Shown piece by piece: positions 31,366 to 44,640 of a stretch of DNA of 64,000 nt. Source of the DNA: Takakia lepidozioides (Eukaryota > Plantae > Bryophyta); assembly GCA_030704615.1 (NCBI GenBank), contig CM060733.1:7750001-7814000 (forward strand), in the 5' to 3' direction. The notes under the pieces are model-generated. The model saw only the letters and a program-made list of their open reading frames with translations. It did not search any database and was not told the origin of the DNA. Each line of letters opens with the position of its first letter. Within the stretch, counting starts at the first letter, position 1. The position numbers were made by a program, and so were the translations under genes.

Positions 31366-34300
31366 TTATTTCCTTCTGGCTTTCTTCATCTTGGCAGACC
31401 CCTTCTTTCCTTTCTCTCCTTTCTTTCGCTTGACCCCTGGATTTCCGGCAGTATTCCTTTTAGGACCCGCCACCCCCCCTGACTTGACAATCAAGGCAGC
31501 TGCCTTTCGAGCTGCAACTGCAGGCCTTTTCATCAACTTCCCCTTCTCTGGAGCAGGACCTCCTGCAGACCGCGGGACCACCGTTCCTGACTTCCTTCCT
31601 TTGGCGTGAGATACCTTGCCTCCAGCAAGAGTCCATTTCCCTGGACGTCCATCGGGTTTGCTTGATCGCGCTCCTTCCCAAGGAAAAGGTCCTTTGGCTG
31701 CTGCATTCAAGTCCCCACCAGAAATTCTGTACGTGGCTGAAGACTTGTTGTCTGGTGCACGGCCATCTTTGAACTTACTGAGCTGAACTTCGTTGTGCCG
31801 GTGCTGTGGGGTACCCATGCGTAAAACCCGCAGCCTCCTGTCTCGCAGTTTGACCACTCCTCTTCCAAGGGCCGCAGTTGCGCCAGCCTGCCATTCCAAG
31901 AGTATGAAATGAATTTCCTGTCAGGATAAACAAATGAATAGGAAATGTGGCAGCAGGGACTGAAACAAAGATAGGACACAGAAATACACTATCAGTCTGT
32001 CTTTATTTGTCTAATCTCCGTCAGTCCAGTCCCTTCATTTCGGGCTCCGCTCTTTTCAAGATGGACCCGTCTGAAAACTACAACAGCAGTCTGATAACAG
32101 TTCCTCAAAAGACGTGATTCTGTGATAGGCTCAGTAATCATAGCTGACCTTGGACTTGAAAAGAACAAAGGCAAAGCCTTTCCCGATACTTGTCTGGGGG
32201 TCCCTAACAACACGGATGGCTTCTATACCCTTCTCAGGATTCTCCATTGTTCCAAACAAAGCATACAGCTCTTCATCCTGCATAACCAGACACACCACCA
32301 TGCAGAGGTTACAAGTTGCCCATTTCCAATAGCTTCTAAACGAGAAAAGAGCAACCCAAAAAGGTAGGACCACTTCACCACCAAAAAATCTATTGGAAGG
32401 AAGTTAGCATTCAACAATGGTCTTTCCTGAAGTCTTACCATGTTTGAGGGTAAACCCAGAAGAGCCACCCATTTCCTTAAATAATGCCGCTAAGACCAAC
32501 TCTTATCACTGGACTCTCTTACGTCTTAGATATGTCAGTATCTATGGACCCTCTCAAAGCCCAAACACCACATCAGAAAAAAGAAGCACAAAGGATGTAA
32601 CATTGGTCCCCTGATGAATGGCGGCTCTGCTACCATATTTTCACGCCTGGAAAGCTAGCCAACATGGTAGGGCCCCAAGAGAGTAACAATTGCAGGAGTA
32701 CTGCAAAGATCTTTACCCATCATTGAGGCCTTCCTCTTCTTGCCAGAGATGGTAGCATTGATGGCCAACATTGAGGAGAGATGTACCTCCACATCAAATG
32801 GGAGATTCCCAATGAAGATTGAGCGAGTTCGATCGTATTCAACCAGGCTATTACTGCCTGGTCTGTTGTGCTGGCGGGGAGCGGTTGCCATATCCACTCG
32901 AATGTGCTTTCCTCTGAACTGCACATCAACATTTAGTCACTAGTGCAAAAATCTACAAAAAGTTCCAGCTTGATCTATCTCCTCTTTCTCACACATAAAC
33001 AAAACCAAAACCAAAACAAAACAACATCACAGAAAGAACTCGAGGATAAAGAATTATCCAACAGCATTCAGGCTGACATACCAATTTGAAGCAAATAGTA
33101 GGGGGTAAAACATCAACAGAACACGAAATTGCAACCACATACATTGAGAAATTGAGAACTTGTCGCCAACTTTATCTGGTTGCAATTTCATGTCCAAAAT
33201 CTACTCATGTACCAACCAATGGTAGGAAATAACCAACCTCTTTCATGTTGTGAAAGAGGGCAGCCTTTGCAGACCCCTCCTCCTCAAACACAACGTATGC
33301 ATTCAGACTGCCACAATTGCATCCAACAAATAAATGTCAACTACGGGATTAACAATAATCAAATGGCTTTCTTTGCAAACATTTATGTATACCTCTCCCT
33401 ATCCATCTCTTTGCTACTTTGTTGTACCTACAGTATGTAGAGCGGCAGAGTTCTTCACCTGCTGCGAGACTCATTCAACTGTCCAGTGATAACTGCAGCC
33501 TTCCGAGACATCTTTGTCTGCATAAACAGGCAAGCCACATTGAACGTGGTTGCATTCTTGCATAGTCCTTGACATGGCTTCCAACACATCCCTCTATACA
33601 TGTCACTTTCTATTACCTAACCGGGATCCTCACCCTAGGAGCACTCGCTAGGTCTCCTTACTGTCTTAGGTCTACTGCCTCCATTGAAAGGTAGGCAATT
33701 CTTACCAGCTGGTTACAATGCCGCCCAGCAACGTCTGTCAAAATTCTGCCTGGCAACTCAGAAAAACCTATATGCAAAGTTGGGCATGGTGCAACCCTTA
33801 CACATGTGGCTGATTGACCCCACTCTTCAACCTCCAATGTACAGGTCAAAGTGATACAACCTTGGTGATATCAGGCTTTCATTCTATGTAGCCAAGTCAA
33901 TCTTCTTTAGGTAGAGCTGGTGTGAGTATGTTTTAAGACCTACCAACTAGTGCCTTCAAAGAAACATTATGCTTTACATATGGGAATTACGATTCCTTAC
34001 ATCAACAAGGGGTATGCTGCGAAGGCGAGCAGTTTCAACTTTGCCATATTGAGAAAACTCGCGCATCAGGTGCTTCTTCTTCACGGCGGTTGCCAAATTG
34101 CCAACAAAAATTGTTCGGTGAAGCTTTCGCTCATCATCTTCACGTTCCTCCTTACTCCTTCTTTTGACATGTTCGCTGCCTTCTTCTTCCTCCTCCATAA
34201 ACTTTCTCTTTCCTTTCTGCCAAAGTTGCTTAATATAGTAAACACACACATTGAGAATCCTAGGAATGTCTTAAATATATCATTCACCAAGAGAACAAGC

Positions 34301-35380
34301 AACTGTTGAATGCAGAAGATCATGCTTCTCTAATCCACCTAAGCAAAGAACACTAACCTTTCGATCATGACTGCATTCCATAGCATCCTGGCTCTCTCGA
34401 TCCACGTCTTGAATACGAGGTGAGCCGCTGTTTGCAGCACCCACGACTCCCGACCCTCTCATTCTCTTCTCAAAATGCATTTCAATATCATCATCCTTCT
34501 TCCTCTTCCCACTACGACTTGTGTTTCCCTCGTTCTGTTCGACAGTTTCACCGGCAACGCCACGCATTTTCCCCTTCCCTTTCTTCACATGATTATCCAT
34601 TTTTGCGGCTGTACTTGGGACATGCCCAATAACCCCACATTCTCCCTGCTTGCGAGTTCCACTCTCCACTCCCACACGTCGAACCTCTATGTCGTACAGA
34701 GTGTCCGGAGGGCTACTTCTGCTGACCTGGCTTTCCTCGTGGAGAGATCCCTGCCCCCTCTTGTGTTTCACCTTCATTTGCGAGTCTCCACCCTTATTCT
34801 CCTTCTTTCGATCGTCATAATCGAACACCACCTTCACATCCGGGGGGGAACTTCCATCATGGCTACAACTTGGCTCCAACAATCTAGGTACCTTCCGCCC
34901 GGCCTTGCCGACGCTCTCATCCTTCTTGTCCTTTCTCTTCTCTTTTCTAGAGAGTATGTCTGATCCATAATCATTCCGACAACCAGTGTCTTTTTCAATC
35001 ACCTCCCCTTTCCGCTTCCTACCGAGCTTACCATTATTTGCATTGATCCCTGCGTCTTTCCGAACCTCTTCGACGTTTCTCCCCTCCCTGCCCCTTTTCC
35101 TCTTCCTTTGTTCGCCAAGGTCAAACCCCTCAGTCTCACCGACCTGTCCCTTCAACTTTAACTCCTTCCCTGACACTCTGTTCCCACCCGTATCCTTTCC
35201 CTCCGTCTGGGGGCTTCTTTCCACCGCCTGCTCCACGGGCCCAGGCCGAGCAGAACTGCTCCCGGCCTTCTCCCCATTCTTCCGTTGATATGGATTGTTG
35301 GTGAATACGGACAGGCTTCCAGAGAAGCCGCCAAACAAATGCTTGAAAACCTCGGCGCTTTCACTGCTCTTATCTCCCAT
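31366..35380 (-). CDS. RBM34: RBM34/NOP12-like nucleolar two-RRM protein; exons 35380-34358, 34216-34001, 33517-33459, 33307-33238, 32918-32787, 32277-32149, 31887-31366
   Basis: RRM1 (RTIFVGNL..FSQYGKVETARLRSIP..NAYVVF), RRM2 (SIFIGNLPFD..IEAIRVVRDP..GKGFAFVLF), K/R-rich tails; GT-AG introns in frame. Confidence 0.92.
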
Positions 35381-35771
35381 TGTGAAGCTCAAAAAGTCGC
35401 CCCCCCATTGAATGTCTAAAATCCACCGGACGATTCAGGACCATGACATGAAAGGCCCTTCATATCACAGGGCCTTCAAATACATTCCATCAGGACGAGA
35501 ACTATGCAAAAATGCTCTCAAGACTGAGAAAAACTCACTCCAGCCTCATGAAAGGCATAAGAGTCACAGGAATCAAGCAAGCCCTGCAATGGCAGCTTGC
35601 ATCCAAACCCTAAACAGGCATACATTCCCAAGAGGCTCTGGAGAAACGGCTCTCTCTTTCTGTCTTGCTCCGTCTTTTGCGCAGGCCTTCCATCTTTTTA
35701 ATCGGACGTCCAGGATCCACCCAAAAAACATCGCATACAAGATGTAAGGGGTTCATTTTGATACTTTCACA

Positions 35772-36042
35772 CGGCAGCCGGCAGATCTGAGTTGGCACAT
35801 TTGACCCGCGGCTTTAACCCGACACCTCGATCATTGGCCGACGTGGTATACGTGGCTGCTACACACTGGATGGACTTTCACTGTAGCGCTTCAATGTGAA
35901 CGCTCCGGCAGCCCGCAGATCTGAGCTGGCACATTTGACCCGCGGCTTTAACCCGACACCTCGATCATTGGCCGACGTGGTATACGTGGCTGCTACACAC
36001 TGGATGGACTTTCATTGTAGCGTTTCAATGTGAACGCTCCGG
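35772..36042. repeat. Near-perfect 134-bp tandem duplication upstream of the RBM34-like gene
   Basis: 35772-35905 is repeated at 35906-36039 with only a few substitutions. Confidence 0.95.
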
Positions 36043-36060
36043 AGACAAGCGTTGGGCTGC

Positions 36061-36198
36061 GAGTGAAGTGGGCTTCTTTCGACCGTCAGTCAGGGATGCT
36101 TGATCTCAACTGCACAGAATTGAATATATTTTCTTGCCGCATCTGACGGTTGAGATCAAGCATCCCTGACTGACAGTCGAAAGAAGCCCACGTCACTC
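36061..36198. repeat. Foldback: 50-bp inverted repeat with a 38-nt spacer (MITE-like or hairpin RNA)
   Basis: 36061-36110 is the reverse complement of 36149-36198 with 2 mismatches. Confidence 0.9.
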
Positions 36199-36264
36199 AT
36201 TCATAGGATGAAATATGTGAATATAAGATATAGGTACTGCATCAGGTCAAGTTGGCGCATCTAA

Positions 36265-37600
36265 GGGCCACTTTACACTAAGAGTCGAGGCCAACAAATC
36301 TTGGGGCCGAGGGAGCCCATTTTTAAGTTAGTACTAATTGACCTTGGGTGGCCTCAAGTAAGCATTAAAATATGTATTTCCTAGGGGCCAAGGCACTAGT
36401 GTAAAGGCCTTGGGGCCGAGTGGTAGAGGCCGAGGCTTCATAATCACATATAAACCGTGTGAACCCCCCCCATGCAGCTCCTTCTTTCTGTCCTCCACGG
36501 TGTGAGCTCCTCTCACCCCTTGCCCTAGTGCACTCGCCATGGATGCTCATAGGCACAAGACTTTGGTGGCACTTGTGTTCTTCATGGCAGTCCGTCATGT
36601 GATGACTGTCGTTGTAGCTACACAACAATTTGCCATTGGTCATCAGGCTGCAATGATGATGATGGTTGCCATGATTATTGAAGGGAATGGGCCAAGAAAT
36701 CGATATTTCAACGAAGTGACATTAGCAAAAGAGTGATGAGGGGTGCATTTCTACCTTACAAATTGATCGGTGATGCTGCATATCCTGGTTTTACTCACCA
36801 TTCAAAGGTGAGAAAGAGGGGTTGTCAAGAGCAAAAGCTCACTGGAATTTCATACAATCAAGCACAAGAATGGCAGTGGAAAGGGCATTTGGGGTGCTTA
36901 AAGGACGTTGGAGAATTCTACTGAAAAGAGTCGATATGCCACTAAGGAATTTGCCGGATTTGGTCACTGTCACATTGTGTCTACACAATCTATGCATTAT
37001 ACACGGAGATACGTTTGATATGGAATGGGCAAAAGAGGCCGAGGAAATGATGCAAAGGGAAGCTAACCATGTACTTGGAGATTTGCGCCACACGGATATG
37101 TTTCATGTTGTTGACCAAGCAATAAAAGAAATAAGAGCATTACACCACCTTAATATTGCATCTGAAATTGAGACAGGAACTGATGAAGGAGAAGAGGACG
37201 CAAGTGATGAAGACAATGAAGAGAGGCCAGAAACCAGAAACCAAGAGAGACAAAGAGACTAGGATCAGAAAATTATTGCACGAAGCAACTCAAGCTCATG
37301 AAATACTTGCAGAAATATTTTATGAAGTAAAATTGTGGAAAGAAGGCAAGGTCGTGTTTCCTGCCACAGGCCATTCTGATGATAGTGACTGATCAAGCCT
37401 ATCTCTACAGTTTGTCTATGAATCTGTCCATTTGACGATCAACTCTTTCTAATGAAGCATTTGTTTTCTCAAAATCCTTCACCAAACTACTACTGTGTTC
37501 TACCATCTTTGAAAACATATCAATAGCTTGTTCATGGAATGTTTTTTTCAGTACTCCATACGACATATTGTGAGCTATCCATTCTATCCGCAACAAACGA
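36265..37600 (+). mobile_element. Internally deleted PIF/Harbinger transposon (DDE_Tnp_4 fragment on +, probable ORF2 C-terminus on -)
   Basis: TAA|GGGCCACTTTACAC terminus; LIGDAAYP..WNFIQSSTRMAVERAFGVLKGRWRIL..LCLHNLC; convergent coiled-coil ORF end at 37405-37596. Confidence 0.85.
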
Positions 37601-37679
37601 GAGGCGAAGGAAGGGAGGAAGACGAGAGACAGGAAGAGAGGGAAGAGAGCTTGAATTCATTTAGGTTTTCCGGTGGGAT

Positions 37680-38285
37680 CGCCACACTGGCGCGCCGCAG
37701 CTCACTCCCCCTCTCAATCTCTCTATCTGATCTCTCTCTCCCTCACTCTCCTCCTCTCACTCTTCCTCCCTCCCCTCCCTCCCCTCCCTCCATCCCTACT
37801 TTGTTTTATTTTGCTCTCGAGCTCTGCAACTACCCCCGCGCGCCGGAGCGTTTTCCGGCGGCGGTGACGCAGCACTGACGCGCCACGGCGTTCAAACCCA
37901 CGCGCGCCCTCTCTCTCACTCTCCCTCTTGCCCTAATCCCTCTCCCTCACTCTCTCTCTCGCTCTCTCTCTCCCTCTTCAATCTCTTTTTGTTTTTTTTT
38001 TTTGTTTGAGCGAGCTGGGAGCGCGCCTCCATGACCTATTGGTGGAGCGCCAGCGCCGCGGGAGGGACCGCCAGCGTGAAGGAGCTGCCGCGTGAGGGAG
38101 CTGCCCTCCCTCTCCTTCTCTCTCTCTCATTCTCCCTCTTAGCTCTCACTCTCCCTCATTCTCTCCCTCGCTCTCTCTCTCTCCCTCTTCTCCTTTTTTT
38201 TTTTTTTCATTGTTTGAGCGTGGGAGTGCGCCCACGCGACCTGGTGGCAGAGCGTCAGCGGAACGCCAGCGTGAAGTGAGGCGCC
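37680..38285. repeat. CT-microsatellite blocks alternating with GC-rich motifs (GGCGCGCC, CGCCAGCGTGAAG); probable TE subterminal region
   Basis: Three similar CTCTCTCTCCCTCA(C/T)TCTC blocks, each followed by a T-run and a GC-rich motif. Confidence 0.5.
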
Positions 38286-38289
38286 CAAC

Positions 38290-38435
38290 TGCAGGTAAGC
38301 AGCCATGCATTTCTGATCTTCATAGTGAGAGATTTCAGTGAGAGTTTGGGTTCCACGGAGTAGACAGTGGAATCCCCACGGATCTCATAGTATATAGGAC
38401 AATAGAAGAAGTGTTCTTCAGTTTCAATTTCATGG
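38290..38435 (-). mobile_element. Second fragment of the LINE family found in PAL intron 1
   Basis: The reverse complement reads GAAATTGAAACTGAAGAACACTTCTTC..TACTATGAGATCCGTGGG..GGAACCCAAACTCTCACTGA, matching 23955-24080. Confidence 0.85.
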
Positions 38436-38436
38436 A

Positions 38437-39688
38437 GAGAGAGGGAAGATATTCATGTCATGTCAAGACATGGACAAGACCAACTAGGGTCATTGTCAAT
38501 TAAAGACATAAACAGCCCATGATAGGGCACCATCTAACATTTCCAGTCTTGTCATAGCACACCAAGTGACGCCACCCATTCAGTCATGATAAAACAGGGT
38601 GGGAGGGCGGGGTATGTTCATAATCAGATTCTTGTCATGTACCCAAGTGACCCTCTTGCACAATATAAATCAGATTGTAACCTCAGATTATATCATCCAT
38701 AGTTATTCATAAGATATGCACCATGCAAGATATCATGGGCATATAAGAACTTCTTGCCACATTACAGATCCAAGATATGTATACACAAGTATCTTGAAGT
38801 GATCCAAGACAGCATTATGCAAGGTAGGTAAGAACAGCCAGCCCTACAACACATTCAGGGAATGTTCATACACGCAACTGGAAGGACCAGCCTGCAATTA
38901 ATTACACTTTGTGCATGCCACCAAGTAAACTTCTTGGGCATGGCAAGCCATATTGCAGCTTCACATTTGGCCAAATGTAAGTACCCCAAGGCGTGCATCG
39001 TGCAAGGCCTTCTGGGTGAGTAAGAACAGCCTGTCATTGTACATATTCAAGACCTGTGTACACATGATTCTTGTTGGCCCAGCCTACAATAAATCAGACT
39101 CCAAACATGCAACCAAGTGATCACTTTGGGCATGACAAGACTGACTGCGACTTCATTCTACATCATGTACAGTTGCCCCAAGATATGCATCATGTAAGGC
39201 ATTTTGGCATGGAAGAAAGGCCTGCCCTGTCACAGCATCCAGATATGGACACACATACAATTTGAGTGCCCAAGATCAAGCCCACTTGGCCAAGATAAAT
39301 CATACAATGCAAGTGGCTGTTCATATGGCAAAATAAAGTAACTAATCACTGGCCAGAGTCCTTTAGAGCTTACCATCACTGTTTCCGAGGAGGCTAATGC
39401 CATGTTTTGCAAATAGATCCTCATTATGCTCCATTCCACATCAAATCCAGGTCTGAAAACGGTCTGTCATTGCCTTATTAGGCTATCTTCTTTTAGAAAA
39501 ACCAGGCCTCCTCTTTCTTAGAGCCTAACAGCCACTGATGCCTTTACCCTCACATCATCAATCTTCTTTTAAGGCCAAAAAAAGTACCTAGTCTAAAAAT
39601 CCACAGGCAAAGCTGTCAAAGATTCAAGACAGGGTAAGATTCACATGTTGAGCTGCACGAGACAGGGCTGCCAGGCCGAAATGCTCCA
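38437..39688 (-). mobile_element. Unclassified element, terminal segment copy R1
   Basis: Collinear with 39953-41258; shares the GAG(A)(G/C)GGA(A/G)GATA..TGTCATGTCAAGACA boundary with the copies at 53361 and 59032. Confidence 0.8.
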
Positions 39689-39952
39689 TCAGCTGTTCAG
39701 TCACTCCCCCTCCCCACCTTCATTTTTAATTATTTTTCCCTCAACACTCCCTCTCTCTCCACATCCTGATGGAGAGGGAGAGATGAGGGAAAATAAATAA
39801 ATAAGAATGTGGGGGGGGGAGGGGGGGCGGGGAGTGACTGAGCAGCTGGTGCGCTCAGTCACTCCCCCCCCCACCTTCTTTTTTAGTTTTTTTTCCCCTC
39901 CTCACTCCTTCTTTCTCCCTCTCTCCCTCTTTCTCCACATCTTCATGGGACA

Positions 39953-42900
39953 GAGGGAGGATATTCATGTCATGTCAAGACATGGACAAGACCCACTAGG
40001 GTCATTGTCAATTAAAGACATAAACAGCCTATGACAGGGCACCATCTAACACTTCCAGTCTTGTCATAGCATACCAAGTGACAACAGCCATTCAATCATG
40101 ATAAAACAGGGTGGGAGGGCGGGGTTTATTCATGTTCAGATTCCTGACATGTACCCAAGTGACCCTCTTGCACAATACAAGTTAAATTGCAGCCACAGAT
40201 TATATCATCCATAATTATCCACAAGATATGCATCATGCAAGATATCATGGGCATGTAAGAACAACTTGCCACATTACAGATCCAAGATATGTATACACAA
40301 GCATCTTGATGGACCTTTATCATATTCCAAGCATGCAACGAATTAATCTTCTTGGGCATGACGAAATATACTGCAGCCTCACTCTTTACCATTGGTAAGT
40401 AACCCAAGACATGCATCATGCAAGGCTCCTTGAATAGGTAAGAACAGCCTGTCCTACTACAGATTCAGGATATGTTCATACAAGTACCTTGAAGGACCAG
40501 CCTGCAATTAATCAGATTTCAAGCATGCAACCAAGTAAACTTCTTGGGCATGACAAAACATATTGCAGCTTCACTCTTTGCCATTTGTAAGTACCCCAAG
40601 ACATGCATCATGCAAGGCCCCTTGGGTAGGTAAGAACAGCCTGCCATATTACAGATTCAAGACATGTATACACAAGCATCTTGATGGACCAGCCTGCAGT
40701 TTATTAGATTCCAAACTTGCAACCAAGTAACCCTCTTGGGCATGACAAGATAGACTGCAACTTCATTCTTCACCATGATTTGGCATGGAAGAAAGGCTTG
40801 TCATATTACAGATTCAAGATATGGACACACAAACATTTTGGGTGTCCGAGACCAAGCTCACTTGGCCAAAAAATAAATCATACATTGCAGGTGCCTGGTG
40901 GCAAAATAAGGCAAATAATCTCTGGCAAAGGTCTAGTAGAGCTTACCAACACTGTTTTCGAGGAGGTTTATGCCAGGTTTTGCAAATAAAATCTCACTAT
41001 GTTCCATTACACACCAAATCCAGGCCTGAAAGAGGCCTGTCATTGCCTTATCAGGCTGCCATCTTTAAAATCAGGGCCTCCTCTTCCTTAGAATCAGCTA
41101 ACAACCATTGATGCCATACCCATAAACCATAAGTCATCTTTAAGGCCAAAACAGTACCTAGCTTAATAATCCACAGGCAATGTTGTCAAAGATTCAAGAC
41201 AAGGTAAGGGCCAGATGTTGGGCTTCAAGAGACAAGCCTATCAAGCTGAAGTGCTCCATTAAAGGCAGCAAAACATAAGTCAAAAGTAAGCATCAGCATG
41301 CCAAACCAGGAGCAAGCGGGCCGAAATCGGGGCTGCGGACAACAGCCAAGTAAAGACGTCATACACAATAGGTTCTCGTTGCCCACATTCTAATCTGCAA
41401 GCTCAAGAGAATTCAAAGCAAGTAGGGATCATCACCTGGTCCCATCACAAGCCCCCACAAAAACGAACAGGTTAGTGAGGATTGTGGAACCCCAGGTGAA
41501 TCACAGACCCCTACACTTGTCATCGATGTCAACTAAGAACCTCAAAAGCAAGAGAGAAAGACATAAAACAAAAGGAACCCTAATCACCAAAAGCACCTTG
41601 AGCGATTGGGGAAGATAATTGTGCGCCATCGCCACTAGCAAAGCAAAGGAGAAGTGAAGCATACAAGCACTCTTGCTATGTTTAAGAAGGGAGAGAGAGA
41701 TACTTCCCACCACAAGCGCCGCTGCGAAAATTAAAAGCCAGAGGAGGGAAAGAGACGATGCATTCACAACATTGTCTCGGGCCGCCTGTGAGAAAAGACA
41801 AAGCGCCGCCATTGCGCATCCCCAAGAGATCGTCCAGCACGGGTATGATGCAGCAAACAGGGTAGCAGCAAAATGCAGACGCCATAACGCTCATCCCGCG
41901 AGCTCAGAAGCACGAGCGGTGCTTTTGACGGCGGGAGAGACACCCTAGGGCTCTTGCCCGATTTTCATCCGTGCAGGATGAGTAATCAACACCACATTTT
42001 TCGAAACCCGACAGATGTCATCTGTAGATAGGTTAAACAGTAGGTTATAGGGTAGGGGTTAGGGTTTCACTCCTTAATTAACCATAATTAAGGGTAATTA
42101 ATCATCAGTCCAAGGTCATCATAAGTTGTACATTTCATCCGGTTCAGATGAAAAAGCCATTGAGTTCATCCGTTGGAGAAAGTTCGTCAGTAGGATGAAA
42201 AAACAGTAAATAACATCCAAAGCATCGATTTTACATTCTAACAGGTAATTCAACATCCCAAAAAAAACTTTTGTGCCTCATCCAGTACGGAAAAAAAACA
42301 ATAAAAGAGGAATGAACGAATTAGTATCCTGGTATTTTTCATCCGGTATGGATGAAAAAAATAGGATGCCAGTGGCAACCCCTACAGAGGTAATTCCTCA
42401 TTCTCAGGTGACTCATCCGGTATGGGTGAAAGTCAATAAAAGAAGAATGAAATCATAGACTCAGCTTAGAGGTAATTTAGTGTCCACCCTGGTAGTTCAT
42501 CCGGTATGGATGAAAAATTGTTATAGGGCGGGTGAAAAAACTGTCACAATCCATCCGATATAGATGGAAAAACAGGAAATTAACACTGATAAAACCGGCC
42601 AATTCCAAGGAGGGAGGGAGACAGAGGGAGAGGGGGGCACCCACCAACCAGCCCCTGGTATGGCAGTCCCTAATGGAGTGAGTGTGGTATGCACTCACCC
42701 GTAAGGGAGTGCATACCAGACCCCTTCATAAGGTTTCTCCCACTGCAAAAATAGTTCCCAATCAAGGGGTTGGAAAAGCCTACTCCTCATCTTTCCTTTT
42801 TCAAAGAATAGCAGTTGCGTGTCATTTGAACTGAAACATGGATAATCATACAAGGGACAGATTCTCTTTAAACCTTGGTACGATATATAGATAATTGCAC

Positions 42901-44640
42901 CACACTGCCATGAGTAGATAATTAACTACCATGGATGTGGGTATCAATCTACATATATCCAGAAGAGTACTCATGAATGTGCATACAAGTAAATGAAAAG
43001 AGCATACCCAATCAGACATCCTTCCAAGATCCGAAATCCCGTTTGCGGATCGGGGAGAAACCCTCCGAGCCCCTCCAGGTCTTGTATGATTCTTTACTAG
43101 CAATGTTGATGGTGGTAGTAGAATTAGACTCCGATCCGCCAGGTGTAGAACGGCAAGGTGGTCTGGTATGTTTAGATGTGTTGGCAAAAGATTGCATCCG
43201 GCCAGAGTGTCCACCCCTTTGGTAGAGGCCTCTTCCACGTACCGGGGTACCTCTTCCTCGGGAAGCATATGTTTTGCCTTGTTGGTGAGGCGTCTGCCCC
43301 TCCATCGTTGCCGCTTGTAGTTACTGAACTGAGGCTTGGGCTGGCTGTCCGAGAAAGTACCAGGTTTCAGCATCTTTTCAATGTATCTGGCCGTCTTGGA
43401 ATCACCCAATCTGACGAGCGGCCTAGCATTGGCGTCAGCTGCAAATTCACAGACTACCTCCATGATGAATTCCCGTATCATCTGGAAGGTGATTTGTGCC
43501 AAAACAGCAGATCTGGCGACCTTCATGATCCATACCAGAAAATTATAATACTTGGTTTGAATAGAAGGGTATGTGTCATCAGGGAAGAAAACCGTCAGAT
43601 TATTCAACATGTACCATACCATATGGTCAAACCAAGACACACTTCCAACACAACCAGATGATGCATTTCCAGACCCACAATTACATCGAATGTAAGGCCT
43701 ATGCCAGTTAAACAACTGACTTTTGTAATTCTTAGATCTGGCTGAACCAGTAGGTAAGTCATTCTTGGTCCGTAAGGTCAAATTCTCACCTTGGTAACAA
43801 AGTTTATAGTAAAAGGTCCGCAGAGGCCATGCAAGGGCAATTGGCTCTTTTTTTAATCTCTGGAAGCTGTCTTTGGCATCCTGTGCACATCTGTTTCGTT
43901 CGGTTGGGTTATGTTGCCCCATTTGACCCACATATCAACCGAAATAGGGGCTAGCAGATTGATGTTGGCCAATGGATGCCACATCATATGGTCATTATTG
44001 GCAACTTCAAGCTCAACTGCCCTAGGAGATAACCAAGGAACGAATTGCTGGTTACCTGGTGTAGCCCCAGCAGCCCGATCTTGTTCCACTTGAGAAAGCA
44101 CAACCTGATCAAAAAATTCTTTTACAGCTTCATTTTCTTCATCCGGTACGTCCATACAACCCAAAATTGGGTGATTACTCATTGTGGGTATAAATTCATT
44201 TTCAACAGTGGTCGAGGACTTCTGGGTGGACACAGGTAAGGCATCTTCATTGTTAGCCAGCCGAAGGGCATCGTCAATTGAGGAGCCCTTTTTTTCCCAA
44301 GCAGCAATCTCAGTAGCATCATCCTCCAATATTTCCAACAACCTAGAGTGGTATTTCTGGAGTTTTTCCAGCCTCTTCCCATTCTTGTTTACCGTAATGC
44401 CAAGAGCAACCTAGTCCTCCAAAGCTAATGTTTCAAGCAATAAAACAGGTCGGTTATCACCGGCATCTTCAATAGCTTCAGATTCCAGCCTTTGTATGGT
44501 AGCATGAAAGTCACCTGATTTGATTTGTGCAAATGTAGCTTGCACTGCTGGAATAGAAGGGGGCAGGGGCAGCTGATATCCAAGGGCCTTAAGCTCATCC
44601 TTCCACTCAGACATGGCCTTGTTGGCTTTCTGTCGGGCTG
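39953..44640 (-). mobile_element. Unclassified element, copy A (terminal segment R2, spacer, palindrome array, hairpin, disrupted unknown ORF 44640-43012)
   Basis: Same module order as 53361-59030; ORF pieces 44411-44614, 43853-44341, 42846-43931 and 43012-43305 are homologous to 57355-58909. Confidence 0.8.

Noticed and set aside
34420-35288. Plus-strand ORFs of 70-162 aa
   Set aside because: Antisense shadows of the RBM34-like first exon.
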